From Octopus sinensis (Eukaryota): a stretch of 64,000 nucleotides of DNA. Below, in pieces: positions 39,506 to 52,210 of this stretch. The position numbers and the translations under genes are program-made. The DNA is taken from contig NW_021833751.1 of NCBI RefSeq assembly GCF_006345805.1, forward strand, positions 7,702 to 71,701, read 5' to 3'. Position 1 is the stretch's first letter, and each line of letters begins with the position of its first letter. The notes under the pieces were generated by a model. It was not told the origin of the DNA and did not search any database. It worked only from the letters and a program-made list of their open reading frames with translations.

Positions 39506-39846
39506 AATATAGTTATATATATATATATGCATATATAGACACACATATGTACATACATACGTATATATGTATATAGCTAATGCTTGAAATAGGGAGTAAA
39601 AGGACAGCCGACAACTGATGAAGGGTCATTCTTTCCATGTTACTTGTCTTGTTTTCCATTCGTTTCTCTCGTTTTTTTTCGTACCCAACGTTATTTTCGT
39701 ATTTCAAGTTTGTTTGCGTTTTTGTGACGTCCTGTACCAATATATGCACAGCTATATACATATATACGTATGTACGTACATATGTGTGTCTATATATGCA
39801 TATATACTATTTATATTATTATTTCATTGAACACCACGCATTCAAG

Positions 39847-39901
<55 letters not shown>

Positions 39902-41199
39902 TTCGTATATATGTATATTTATATGTATGTATATGTATACATCTACCTATCTATCTATCTATATATATATATATATATATATATCTATATATATGTATAT
40001 ATGTATATCTCTCTCTCTCTATATATATATAATGAAAATTAGCAACAAGATATCATGTAGTAATGCAGTACGAACGTTTCAAGGAGATCCATTTAACTGA
40101 ACAAAGCAATCATTACATTAATTTAAATGGAGTGCTATCTTCAGCTTCACAAATACATAAATAGACTTTTAACAGGTAGGACATTATTTTTCTCAAATAT
40201 TTTTACAGATCAAGAAGTTAGAAGAAACTCATGTTGTCGCTATTGTAGCTGAGAATAGACTACATTTCTAAGAATCGCATGATAGTCATAGTGTTTTGTA
40301 AGTGATTGTAATTCATTTCTAATTAATTTATCTGTTTATCAAACACTAAATCTAAGACTAGAAGACTGTGTCTATTGTGAATAAAGGACAAGAGTGAGTT
40401 GACAGCTCATGGCTAGGTATGATCATAAATATTATCATAAGTATCTCTTTTTTCCCAGGGAGGAAATAAGACATCAGGAGTAGTCAGTTGGATATAAATA
40501 AGTGTCTATAAAAAGATGAAGGGTAGGAGTAGACTTTAAAACATAATGTTAATTACCAGTTAAAGGGGCAAGACGTCAAGAAACCTAAGATATTAATTCA
40601 GGGAAAATTCTATTTTGGGACACTATGGGTAATTGTTTATAATGAATACTGTTGTATAAAACTAAAATTTAGGAATTTCAAAAATGATATCATAACCAAA
40701 ATGGGCGAAATGTGGGTATGTATCAATTATAAACATTAAAAAGGAAAGATTACATAGAATCAGTTTAATATTTATTCATGTACTTAATTAATTACTTATT
40801 TGGTGGTTTCTATAAAGACTGCTCTAGGAATTCATTTATGGAATAACTGGAAAGATATACATGCGATCAATTCTAAGCCATTAATCAGACAAATGTAAAG
40901 ATACAGAAAGATACACACACATTTATATATGTGAATATATGCATATATACACATATACTCATGTTTATACGTTTATATGGATATAGTATAAATACGCTGC
41001 ATAGACTTAAGTAACTGAAAACATACCAATTTAAGAACAAAAAACAATTTCAAAGGGATAAGAGGTGAATAAGTAAGGATATCAAATTAAGAAAACAAAA
41101 TAAGAAGAATTTATAGAAATTAATAAGAAATACATATAACCTACATCTAAAGAGACAGGGGATTAAATTCGAGTTAGGGAAGAGATAAAGGTAACCCGA

Positions 41200-41800
41200 A
41201 TAAAGAGGTAATAGGTATGGATGTAGTGAGGGCAGTTAAAGGTATTGAGACCAAAAAGATTTCATAAGTTGTAGTATTACAGGTGTTATTGTATGTATGG
41301 TTTTATAGTTTCTTGGGGGTATATGATCTGGTCGAAAGGAGGCTTACATAAAGTCACTACAAATATACATAATATGATCAGTAGCGTAGAAGATCATAGA
41401 TAGGAAAATAGTGTAATCACCAAACTAGGCCGGAATTATCATGGGATAATATACATAGCACACCACATACTATAACATATAGCATATGATATATGTAATG
41501 CAATATAATTCACCATATAACATGATATCCCTTGATTTGATTTTGTTATATATAATACTAGTGGGTAAGTTTACAACGTATACGACACCAAAATGCTAAT
41601 AATATAGCATGAATAGGATAAACTACCCATATTTTGCAGAAAAATGTGTCGGCGGTTGTCAAACTGATCTGTTGGACAACTGCCACCGACGAATGCGAGA
41701 AAGTTCTCCAGAAAAGTTAACAAGGAATCTTTAAAAGATTTTCCCATTGAAGTTAACAAAGAACTTATAAGATCGACAAGCCAAACTGTGAAATTATATC
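41200..41800 (-). mobile_element. Highly decayed PLE reverse transcriptase remnant
   Basis: Minus-strand pieces resemble LVSY(D)VVNL.TSI (RT motif A) and GSCPT. Heavily broken. Confidence 0.35.
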
Positions 41801-42094
41801 ATTAGTGAATTAAATTGATTAGAATTACCAGGGAAGTCATTCTTTTCCGTTTTCAAATAAACCTCACTGTACCAAGGATTTCATATATCTCCCGATATAT
41901 ATATGTGAGAGTGTGTGTGTGTGCGTATATATATAACATATAGGAATGTGTGTGTATACATACATATATATACGGTTTAAGTAATTGAGATTCAAGTGAG
42001 TTCTAATGAATTCACATGAATATGGTCCTTAACTAGGATGCACCGGAAATGTATATGGTGTTAACCATACGACAAAGTGGGGTGATTACAAATA

Positions 42095-42248
42095 GGAAAA
42101 AAGCAACAAGAATGGATCAATATATCGGTACAATTGTTTCGTACGAGGACATCTTTAATAAAGCTACAAAAAATTTTGTAGCTTTATTAAAGATGTCCTC
42201 GTACGAAACAATTGTACCAATATATTGATCCATTCTTGTTGCTTTTTT

Positions 42249-42250
<2 letters not shown>
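42095..42250. repeat. Near-perfect DNA palindrome (77-bp arms, ~2-nt loop) with a decayed hammerhead half-motif
   Basis: One mismatch between arms. GAAACAATTGTA at 42205-42216 and its mirror image. Confidence 0.9.
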
Positions 42251-42290
<40 letters not shown>

Positions 42291-43624
42291 TATATATATA
42301 CACATATGGAAAAAAGTCAAGATAGAAAATGCTAAAATAATTTTATAAAAAACATTTCAGTACCGGTTTCAGTCACTGAGACTTTTTCAAATGTAACAAT
42401 TAAATAATTAAATTTAGAAAAATTAAAAGAAAAGTTTGTTATAAAGAATATTTGTATAATGTTCCAATACAAGTGGCATTTTCCTTGTTTCTGCCTGACT
42501 CTGTCTCTCTTGATTACTCTTGTGGGTTCGAGGTCGTTGTGAATTCTTGGAGAATATACACATATATACGCACACACATACGCACAGACACATGCTCAGA
42601 CACAGATATATGTAAAATCACGAGTCATGAGAGATGAATGCGGATTTATTATTCTCGTGTGTTTTCCATGATTCTCTTTATTTAATTTTGTAGGTTAAAG
42701 AGTCAACTTCATATCGCATACTTAGCTTGTTAACAAGAATATTTTGACAGCTTATCTCCCTTGTTTATAAATCTTTAGTCATTAAAATTACAAATTACCC
42801 ATCACATCTTTACTTTCTATTTACTGTAAAGTGAAACATAGAAAGCAATGTATATTATTTTCATTCTTTGGATAAATAATGATAGATTTCCTCATATTAC
42901 AAACACCTGTTCTTCTTCATTATCTTACATTTTACCAAGACATTTTTTTCCATTATCTCTTTTTCATGTTCTTTTCCTCTCACTTTCATCTTCATTCATG
43001 TCGCCTCTCTCTGATCTCTTTAGCTTCAGTTTCTCTCCTTCTCCATTTATCTCTCTTATTCCCATATACATTTCTCTAAAAATCAAACAGTAAGAACTAT
43101 AAATCTCTCGATTTCTCAATATTTACCCTCCTACTGATTTAGTTGTGTTTATTTACATCTTCATCTCCTACAATAGTCTTAAATAGTCACGAACAATAAC
43201 TAGCTCGCATGGTGTCTGTATTTGAAGCCTAAATGTCACTTTTTTGAAACGCAATGATTACATTCGCATTGCCATTTCTCGTTCCTTTTTCTTTTTTTCT
43301 TTCTTTCCCTGATGTTCCCAATTAGTTCTACCTTCTGTCTCCCGTTCCCTTCTCTGTCTTTGCTCTTCTCATCTTCCTTTTCTCTTACTCGTTCATGTTC
43401 AGCGAATAACAGTTATTTCCATCACTTTCTCCAAAAAAAGGAAATTTATATATTCATTATGAAGTATATTTGCCATCTAAATATGGCTAACCACTAAGGG
43501 TCGATGTTACTGTAGCTTGTAGCCCCAGGAGGACACTTCCTCTAGCTGGCTATTGACACACTTTCTGTGCCCTATCGGTATTTGCAATGGGAATCCACTC
43601 TTCCCATCGTCAACCTACGTGATA

Positions 43625-43669
43625 CGCACGGACTCGAGTTTCTGGGTATTGATCCGTCATCAGCGCACG
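43625..43669 (-). ncRNA. Minimal type I hammerhead ribozyme (left arm)
   Basis: Minus strand: cgtgcg-CTGATGA-cggat caat accca-GAAA-CTCGAG-TC-cgtgcg. Confidence 0.75.
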
Positions 43670-43760
43670 ACAACCACCGGTTTTCCATTGACGAAAAGTC
43701 ACTGGAAAAAGGATATATATATTTGCATTGGGACCCCTTTCACCGAAAACCAGTGATTGT

Positions 43761-43805
43761 CGTGCGCTGATGACGGGTCAATACCCAGAAACTCGAGTCC
43801 GTGTG
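43761..43805 (+). ncRNA. Minimal type I hammerhead ribozyme (right arm), GUC cleavage triplet
   Basis: cgtgcg-CTGATGA-c gggt caat accc a-GAAA-CTCGAG-TC-cgtgtg. Palindromic ACTCGAGT stem III. Confidence 0.85.
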
Positions 43806-44832
43806 TATCACGTACGTTGACGATGGGAAGAGTGGCTTCCCTTTGCAAATACAGATAGGGCACAGAAAGTGTGTCAATAGCCAGCTGGAGAAGATGTTCT
43901 CCTGGGGCTACAAGCTACAGTAACATCCACCCTTAGTGGTTAGCTATATTTAGATGGCAAATATACTTCACATTGTCGTGCAGTTACTGTCTATACCTCG
44001 TTCAGAGATTTAATATATATATATATATATAAATATATATATATATTCTATTTTTATGTTCCTAGCCAGCGTACAATATCTACGTTGACCAACAGAATTT
44101 AAGTTCTTATTTGAATTCTCCTAAAATATCTCCTTATAAGTCATATTAAGAAACTATCATCGCACCGCATCCCTGTAATCATGAGCAACACACAATCAGA
44201 GCGAACGCAATCGCTTTTAGTGTTGGGTATCAGTCATCTCACCGGGTAGAAACACATCCTTAACATGGCTAGGATTAAACCACAACGACTGGTCTTTCAC
44301 TGAAAGGACAGAAGATGCTTCATCTCCTGCATTTTATATTCTGCAAAGCGTTGACGGTAGGTGAGTATTGTTCTATACATCTGGAATGGTGCTGCTGCTG
44401 CTGCTGCTGCACCCTTCCATACCCTGAAGTGTCGTTTGCCGTATCCAGAAAAAATCCACCCGACTTCCCCATAAACTCCCCCCGAGACGTATCTCAGATC
44501 TCCGCATCACACATGTGCTCTCAACACTCTCTCTATGGTTAAGCAACTACCTTAACAGGGTCGTTGATATTAGCTTCAATTTTTTGCACAAGGCCAGTTG
44601 TTTGTGGGTGGGTAGGTGGGGAGTACGTCGATTATATCTACCCCAGTTATCAGCTGGAACTTATTTTATCGACCCCAAAAGGGTGTCAGGCAAAGCCGAC
44701 CTTGGCGAAATTTGGACTCAGAACGTAAAGCCGGACGAAATGACGCTGAGCATTTATCACAAACTACAACACAGACATCGCACAAGCCAACGTCACCACC
44801 ACCACCACCAATAACAACAGTAGCAACAACAG

Positions 44833-45200
44833 GAGGCACAATGGCCCAGTGGTTAGCGCTCGGAAGATCGCGGTTTCGATTCCCAGACCGGGCGTTGTAT
44901 GTGTTTATTGAGCGAAAACACCTAAAGCTCCATGAGGCTCCGGCAGGGGGTGGTGGCAACCCCTATTGTACTCTTTTGCTCCAACTTTCTCTCACTCTTT
45001 CTTCCTGTTTCTTGTCCTCAACTTCCTACGCAACCGCTGAGCCTGGATGCGCATTCTTCCATCCGCCGATGCTCTCGGTGTCGAGGGTTGACCTGCTTTC
45101 TCTTCTGCGGGTCTTACGAATAGCAAAGGACCACGTTTCGGACTTCTCTCACTACAGAAGCGCGATCTTGCGAGCTCTGGGACGAAGACCGCTTCGCTCA
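44833..45200 (+). mobile_element. SINE family C (second copy)
   Basis: Collinear with 4076-4435 plus a ~30-nt insertion near the 3' end. CAA/CAAA repeats on both sides. Confidence 0.85.
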
Positions 45201-46149
45201 ACAAACAAACAAACAAACAAGCAACAACAACAACAACAAAAACATAACTAATAGTGGCCACAGCAAAGAAAAGGCAATAACGATAATATAAATGAAAATA
45301 ATATAAATGAAAACAACATGACAACAATAACAACAGTACTACTTATTGAAACCACTGCACCAGCAATGTCTATAGCAATAACAACAACTATAACAACCAT
45401 AACAGCTACAATAATCAGAACAACAACAATTATAAACTAACAACAACGGGAACACATAGAAGTGAAAATGCCTCTAAAATGCTGGAGTTCGTTAATGAAG
45501 TGAAATAATTAATTAGTCATTATTCCTGCTCCTCATGACGTATTCCAGTGAAAGTATTCACTTGTTATAGCTTCCGGTGAGAAGACAACACTACGTCACC
45601 TGTCATTCGGTGCGATTTCAATAAAGTTTCTGAGAAAATGATTTCCTTCGGTACGACTTACCCTCTCTCCACCTCAAACATACAAACACACAAGTAAAGG
45701 TATACATACACCTATACAAATATACGCACTTCTCCAATTACCCCCCCATATACAAACACTTATGCATTTTGTTTGTATGTATGTGTGTGTGTATGTGCGT
45801 TGCATCATCTTAGCATTAAAACCCCCCAATTTCTTTCAGATAAATATACACAACAATACAGATACGTACGAAAATACTTTTGGAAATGGATTTGATTATC
45901 ACTGATATTGTTTTTTTTTTATCCTTTCAAATGTATTTCGCTCTGTTAATGCTTTCCAGCCTATTTCATCGTGTACGGCACATTATACATGGAGATATGT
46001 ATTTCACCTCATGTGATTTTAAGAGTTTCAGGTGGTACACAGCACATTATATAAATACTCACACACACACACACACACACACACACCAAACGTTATATTA
46101 AAAAAATTAGAAACCAGCTAAAACACAGTGAGTTATGAATTGGAATATC

Positions 46150-46470
46150 ATGGCAGGAGCATATCCAAATCGAATTCGAGAAGGAACTGGGGGTAACGAT
46201 GGGATCATGGAATACCGAAAAAAACTCAAAAAACAAAAGATCCATTCTGCCGGACGTGTCCTAAGGCTCACAAACAACAGGTGGACATAAGTAATTTAGC
46301 ACCTGTTATCTAAAGGATTAGTGGAGACCACACAGAAGACCGCTAAAATAAATGCAAAGATGACATAATCACCCAAATTCGGGATCAAATAGAAGAGTAG
46401 TGCACAATCAAGTGTACAATGGAAGCGCATTGTGGTCGGCGAGGTATATTAAATTTTCTTGAATAAGAAT
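46150..46470 (+). mobile_element. RTE-type LINE 3' remnant
   Basis: SAGRVLRLTNNRWT and RPHRRP..KDDI resemble the RTE C-terminal W.GHV.R....RWT...GRP..RW.DD pattern. Confidence 0.6.
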
Positions 46471-46663
46471 CATGTGAAAAGAGGTATCTACTAAACGGAG
46501 AAACATTCTAACTACAGAAGAAGAAATCCCAATTAAATGTGGATAATTATATCATGAAATGCATCGCGATCCATTCCTACCATTTATTAGTCCCCATGAG
46601 ACCAGAATATACAAAACTCCATCCGGTATGTATAAATACATGGTTATTGTTGACGATAGATGG

Positions 46664-46762
<99 letters not shown>

Positions 46763-46795
46763 GTTTCCAGTCGAAAGATGCCTGTTGTGATGCCC

Positions 46796-46809
<14 letters not shown>

Positions 46810-46826
<17 letters not shown>

Positions 46827-47092
46827 GTTGTTTCGTATTATTTTTGTATTTATATTCGTGTAACATCGTCCGTTTTTCCGTCCTTGTTTCGTATACATTC
46901 GAAGCTTTTTTCCAAGAATCTAATGCTCTTAGCTTAGTTTTTCCTTGGGGCTGGCCAGATTGGAGCAATCTCAAGATTAATCAGCGGAAATTGCGAGGAT
47001 GATCCGGTTCTTGACTGAAGATTAAAGGCTTCGAATGACCCGTCCGTGTTTTTTGTATCGTCTTCTGGATGTTTTGTGTTCTTGTCCCATTT

Positions 47093-47100
<8 letters not shown>
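46810..47100 (+). repeat. Dispersed ~290-bp repeat ending in (TA)n, with a partial inverse copy at about 38500-38625
   Basis: Shared ggatgatccggttcttgactgaagatt.aaggcttcgaatg segment. Confidence 0.7.
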
Positions 47101-47143
<43 letters not shown>

Positions 47144-47869
47144 ATTGGTGAATTGAGGAAATGGAGCTGAACGCAGATTGAACAGAAATCGTTTTATTTC
47201 ATTCTACACGTGTTTCGAAAGGCACAAATTACCAAAATCCGATTGAATAATGGGACCATATTGTGTCTTTCTCTTCAGGAAGAAAAAGGAAATCCGTTAG
47301 AGAAACAAAAACAGAACAGAGGCGGAGCAAAAACCAAATCGAACTATGCTCCTAAGAGCCCATGGCGAACCTGTTTATCAGTGTTTGCTGAGAACGGTGG
47401 CTGAAGAATTCTACAGGTCAGGCATCGGTCAATCATGTGGGTGAGGGTGTATAGATGTTCTTAGTGACCGAGAATAAAGTTCTGACTATTTAAGGAATAT
47501 TGGATGTTTTATAAGGGGCGAGAAAAAATCTACTTAGAGACGTGTGTGTGTGTATACTGTTCTATATATGTGTGTGTTGGCGTAGGGGTAGAAAACACTT
47601 TTTGTGTACGTGTGTGCGTTTGATCGTTCGGCTGTCAGTGGCTACTGCCGTGATAACCGTTGGGTGGCAGAAAGAAAAAAATATATATATATATTATGTT
47701 TTATGTGTGTGTGTGTTCATCTGAGCCTGCCTTGTCAAGGAAACCCCCCGCTGTGAAAAAACCAAGCCCCGTTTGTCTTACAGGAGTAATTCCCCTTGCA
47801 GTGGATAATCGTAGATATCTAAAGGCTATTTCAGAATTTGTTACCAAGGGCTATGGGTGCCGGTATTAT

Positions 47870-48600
47870 TTATACGCTATTTAAAAGCCAGATAAGTGTA
47901 ACGCCGCCAATGGGGGCATCGAAAAGCCGACTGTAAGAGCCCGTTACCATCCGGCCTCTGGCAAACAAAATATGGAAGAGTTCGGAGACACAAAGGTTAC
48001 ACTGTCTTCTGCCCCTATCAAATAGGAGGGCCACCGACAAAATTGACCATTCCAGCCTGTAGCTTAAGTTCGTATCCTTCAGTCGCCATATTAGCTTACT
48101 GAGTCCCGTGGTCTGGCGCTTGTTCACGTCCCGAAAAGTTGCGTAATGATTGGAGACACGCAAAGACAATCTTGAGGATGATGCCCCTACATAAGTGAAG
48201 ACATCTGAGTCCGTGTAAACCTTGCATTGGTAGACGGCGTTTTTGATCTTGGAGTTCGCCGACGTAAATCTTAATCTGCTAGGATTAGTTTCTGAAATTA
48301 GAACTGCGTCCTGTCACTATATTCGTTCCGAGACCTGCAGCCGCTTACTACTCTATTTTCCACTACGTCACTATTAACTATAGGAATAACCCCTGATTCT
48401 CCACTATCTATCAGAGTACTGTCATTGCTAGTGCCCGTGGTGCTGCTATTGCGGGAAATGATGCTGGGGTTGCTATTGGGGCTCTCTACCCTACTCCCAT
48501 TGTTACCGTCAACCACAACACCCCTATTTATAACTATACCCCTAGTGGGTACTCCCTGGCTGGAGCTGAGATTATGTGTCACTGTACTGGCTCTCATACC
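47870..48600 (-). mobile_element. Penelope-like element remnant (GIY-YIG endonuclease)
   Basis: AVYQCKVYTDSDVFTYVGAS...RVSNHYATFR...TGLSKLIWRLKD...WSILSVA...CNLCVSE. Confidence 0.85.
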
Positions 48601-49454
48601 ATTATTACTACTATAATATAACTTTTGATTAATCTACAACAAGATTATTCATCTTTCTATTTCACATAATATATATATATATATATATATATATCATCAC
48701 CTTTCGCATTTATACCACGGAAACAAAAAGTGTACCTATTAATGTCTTCCTAACTGAAAGTGTACATATTTATACACATAATATTGTGTGTGATGGAGAA
48801 AGGGTGACTGAGTCGTTAGAGCATCAGATAGATTGCCGCGTAATATTTGTTTCAAATCCCTGCTCTCTTAGTTCAAATCAGCCAGCTCAACTTTCAGGAT
48901 CGATAAATAAAGTACTTGACAAAGGCATGACATAAAATCTTTATTTCATTATTTTGTCTCTGGCCTTCCTGGAGAATTCATTTCCAAAGAAGTCGTCGAC
49001 AATCGTTCATATTATTTAAGATGTCAGAAAGGAAAGCAGACTGAACGCTGTCATCCTTCTCGCATCTTTTTTACCATCTCCAATTTCAGAGCCAAAGAAA
49101 TATCTTTACCAGAATCTTTACTCTCATTGTTGTTATTCGATTGTATCCCCTACAGTGTCATTATTTATTCTTTATTCATCCTCAGTATCGACAGAACGAG
49201 CAGAAGACATTAACTCTTGCTGTAGCGTATGCAAAACACTGTTGCTGCCTGGTCGGAGACACACACACACACCATCTATCGTCAACAAAAGTAAACTAAC
49301 ACTAATTAAAATAATTACCCAGTACTTTGTAACCATTAAGCTAATTATGTGTCTGTCCACTCTCGCACACACAAGTGTAATTATCGATAGACCCAATTTC
49401 CTCTTATTGTTGTTTTAAAACATTTTAAAGATAATTTTATTCACTGTCCGTCAG

Positions 49455-49620
49455 TATTTCGGTGAATAAACACAGGAAGTTTACAGCAAAGTTTAAACTA
49501 CAAATAATTGATGCTGAGGGAAGCAATAATGGACAAGTCATAGGAATGTTTGAAATAGAAAGGAGCAATGTCTGCGTTTGGGGGAATGAATGGATAGACG
49601 CTGGAGAATGCTGTGTCGTC
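49455..49620 (+). mobile_element. pogo/Tigger-like transposase N-terminal HTH remnant
   Basis: RKFTAKFKLQIIDAEGSNN..MFEIERSNVCVW resembles the pogo N-terminal DNA-binding domain. Confidence 0.5.
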
Positions 49621-50313
49621 ATACGACAGCGTTCATTCTCGAAAATACTGGAAATGGCCAAAGCTGGCAGATAATATTGGTAAATTGAGGTCTGGAACTG
49701 GTAAAGGAAATTGTTTTACAACTTCAGGATGCCTTTTTTTTATATCATATAGTCTTAGGTAGAGTAGTGTTGAGAAAGCTACGGGACAGGCACGGTTGGA
49801 TTGTCTTTGGTCAAAGATTAAGTATGCCTGGTCGATTGGAGCTGACTTGAGGCCAAATAACAACGATGTGGAATCGATAGAGAACAAACCAACTTGAGGC
49901 AGAGAAGAAATATTTCTGATGAAGAACTTCAATTACAAACGGCATCCATTACCACTGCGATGACGAGGGCGACGACGACGATAATAACAACAACAACAAA
50001 AACAACGGTAAACACGACGACGACGATGACGACGCCGACTAAAGACAAGGATCGTTTGTGTGGCTTCACTTTGAATTATCCATAACGCTCGCAGTCAAAT
50101 GAAATGTGTTAATATTAGAAACAATTATTTCTTTTTTTCTGTGAATTTTTGAATGAGAAAATTTGGTCGGAAATCGAGGGACCTGGTAGAAGACGATCAG
50201 GAAGGGGGAGTGGTATGAGGGGAGAGAGATAGAGAGAGAGAAAAAGAAAAAGGGAAGAAATATATAAAGAAGATAATGTGAAGGGTGAGACAATGATTAA
50301 GAAGACTGGAACG

Positions 50314-50380
<67 letters not shown>

Positions 50381-50931
50381 TATGAACCAATGGATATAGA
50401 TATATAGATATATATGCATAAACACACAAACACACACATATATAAATACATTTTCCCTTCTCTTTCTTTCTCCGACTGACGCTTCCTGCTTATAGTATTT
50501 TTTCTTCTTGACGAACGACTAATGTCCGAAATATTGGGACATATTCTCTTTCCTTGAACGCGTCCATCAAATATGTTTTTGTTAAACCTTATGCCTCTTG
50601 TGTTTTCTTTTCTTTTGATACTCGTGTTTACACAACATACATATATGCAACCATATATATATGTATGTATAATATATGTATGCATGCATTATATACATAT
50701 ATGTCATTATCCAGTTTTATTTCAAGATTTCTTGCCAAAAGAGAAAGAGCCGGTTTCTAACCTAGATACAAATCTCCTTCATTGCAATTTCAACATCAAC
50801 AACAGGGTATTTTTGTATCTATACATGAGGATTTGTACATTCTGTTTTATGTATGTCTTCTCATGTATATACTTGTATATCTAGGCAAGCTCATATATAC
50901 TTAAATGATAAAATGTATGTATGTACGTATG

Positions 50932-52165
50932 TCTCTTCTAATTTTTAAAATTATTATAAATTGTCCACCGAGGAGGGAGCCAGTTTCCAACAAAGATACA
51001 AAGCTCCATCTTTGGGATATAGTTAACACAGACAAATTCACATTTGGAACTTAAGAAATGTCTTGCATATTTTTACTGTTCCACTCACAGATTGCACTTG
51101 TAATGTGCGAATCAGTCGGTCAGTTTCTCTTTCTGAAAATCCCAGTTTATCCAGATTCTCATTTAAGTATTTACTAACAGAATCTAGTGCTCCAATTATT
51201 ATTGGTATGAATATGAACTCATAGTCTGAATATAGGAGCTGGAGGTTTCGATGCAGTTGTCCATAGATATCCGCTTTTTCTTTGATTTTCAAAGAGATAT
51301 TTATATCTGCAGGGCAGCTGACCTCTATGATGATACATACCTTTACCCCTCTGTCTCAAACTACAATATCCGGTCTGTTATGTTTACATTTGACAGAAGG
51401 TTTGATGGGAATATTTCACCAATATCCCTTGAATTGATGTTTATGAACAAAGGGATTTTCTAAGTTTTATTTCAGGGCAGTTTTTTTTGCGGATGGCGTT
51501 GTAAATTGTTTTAGCATCAACATCGTGCCGCTTAGGGAGGTAGTGCCGTAACGACATTTTAGGACAGCTGCTAATCACATGCCTAATGTCTTCCACAGAA
51601 ACATGACATAGCCTAAACATGCGGCTGCACTTTGGGGTTACAAGGGCATCGCTGTATCTATTTTTTCACCACGTACATTGTGACAATCTCCTGTTCCTGG
51701 ATTGCAAACACATACCCTCCAAAAGTGTGATGTGATGTAGTCGTCTTGTGCCCAAGAGAGGCTGTATTTCGTGTCAATTCTACTGTCTTCTTCAAGCTTC
51801 CGGGCAACATTTCCATGCATGATCTTTTTTTGTATGCTGAGTGCTTTCCATCCAGGTCTTCTCTGAGGTAAAAAAGCCCAGCTGTTTTGGGGCTGTATAG
51901 GAGATCATCAGGAAGAGAGTGTTTCTTGAGGAGTTCACCACCGACTCGTATAATGTTGCTCACTTCACTTTTCAGCAATACACTTATATATTTGTCTTTG
52001 CTGCTGTTGTTTAGCAGGTGTTGCCTGAGTGATACCATATGGCATTCGAAGGCCATCTGCACTGATTACAGGCCTCTACCACGTTCATTTCTTCTTAGGT
52101 AGAGCCTGTCAACACCACTGTTTCTGTTGAAGTTCCCAGTTGTTGTCAGGAATTTTCATATTTTG

Positions 52166-52166
<1 letters not shown>
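50932..52166 (-). mobile_element. 5'-truncated REL non-LTR element (family R3) in (TATG)n
   Basis: Minus strand: GYVFAIQEQEI, RLCHVSVEDIRHVISSCP (CCHC), RHD, and C-terminal KEKADIYGQL...IPIIIGAL. (TATG)n on both sides. Confidence 0.9.
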
Positions 52167-52196
<30 letters not shown>

Positions 52197-52210
52197 TGTA
52201 TGTATGTATG

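Larger units (their letters stand above)
43460..43970. mobile_element. Palindromic element with ~226-bp arms and 59-bp spacer carrying two outward-facing hammerheads
   Basis: Arms 43460-43685 and 43745-43970 are reverse complements with scattered substitutions. Confidence 0.9.

Noticed and set aside
39579-39631. Circularly permuted (type II) hammerhead reading GAAA...CTGATGA
   Set aside because: Stems I and III do not form, and the stem II pairing is not kept in the 61200 relative.
44330-44530. GC-richer island with (CTG)n and a GTGAGT donor-like site
   Set aside because: There is no convincing open exon or recognisable product on either strand.
44616-45251. 211-aa ORF and its relative at 4125-4469
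   Set aside because: They are read-through of SINE A and SINE C sequence. The similarity between them is SINE homology.
47015-47045. CTGAAGA...TTCGAAT motif (also inverted near 38555-38585)
   Set aside because: GAAT replaces GAAA, stem II cannot close, and there is no stem I.
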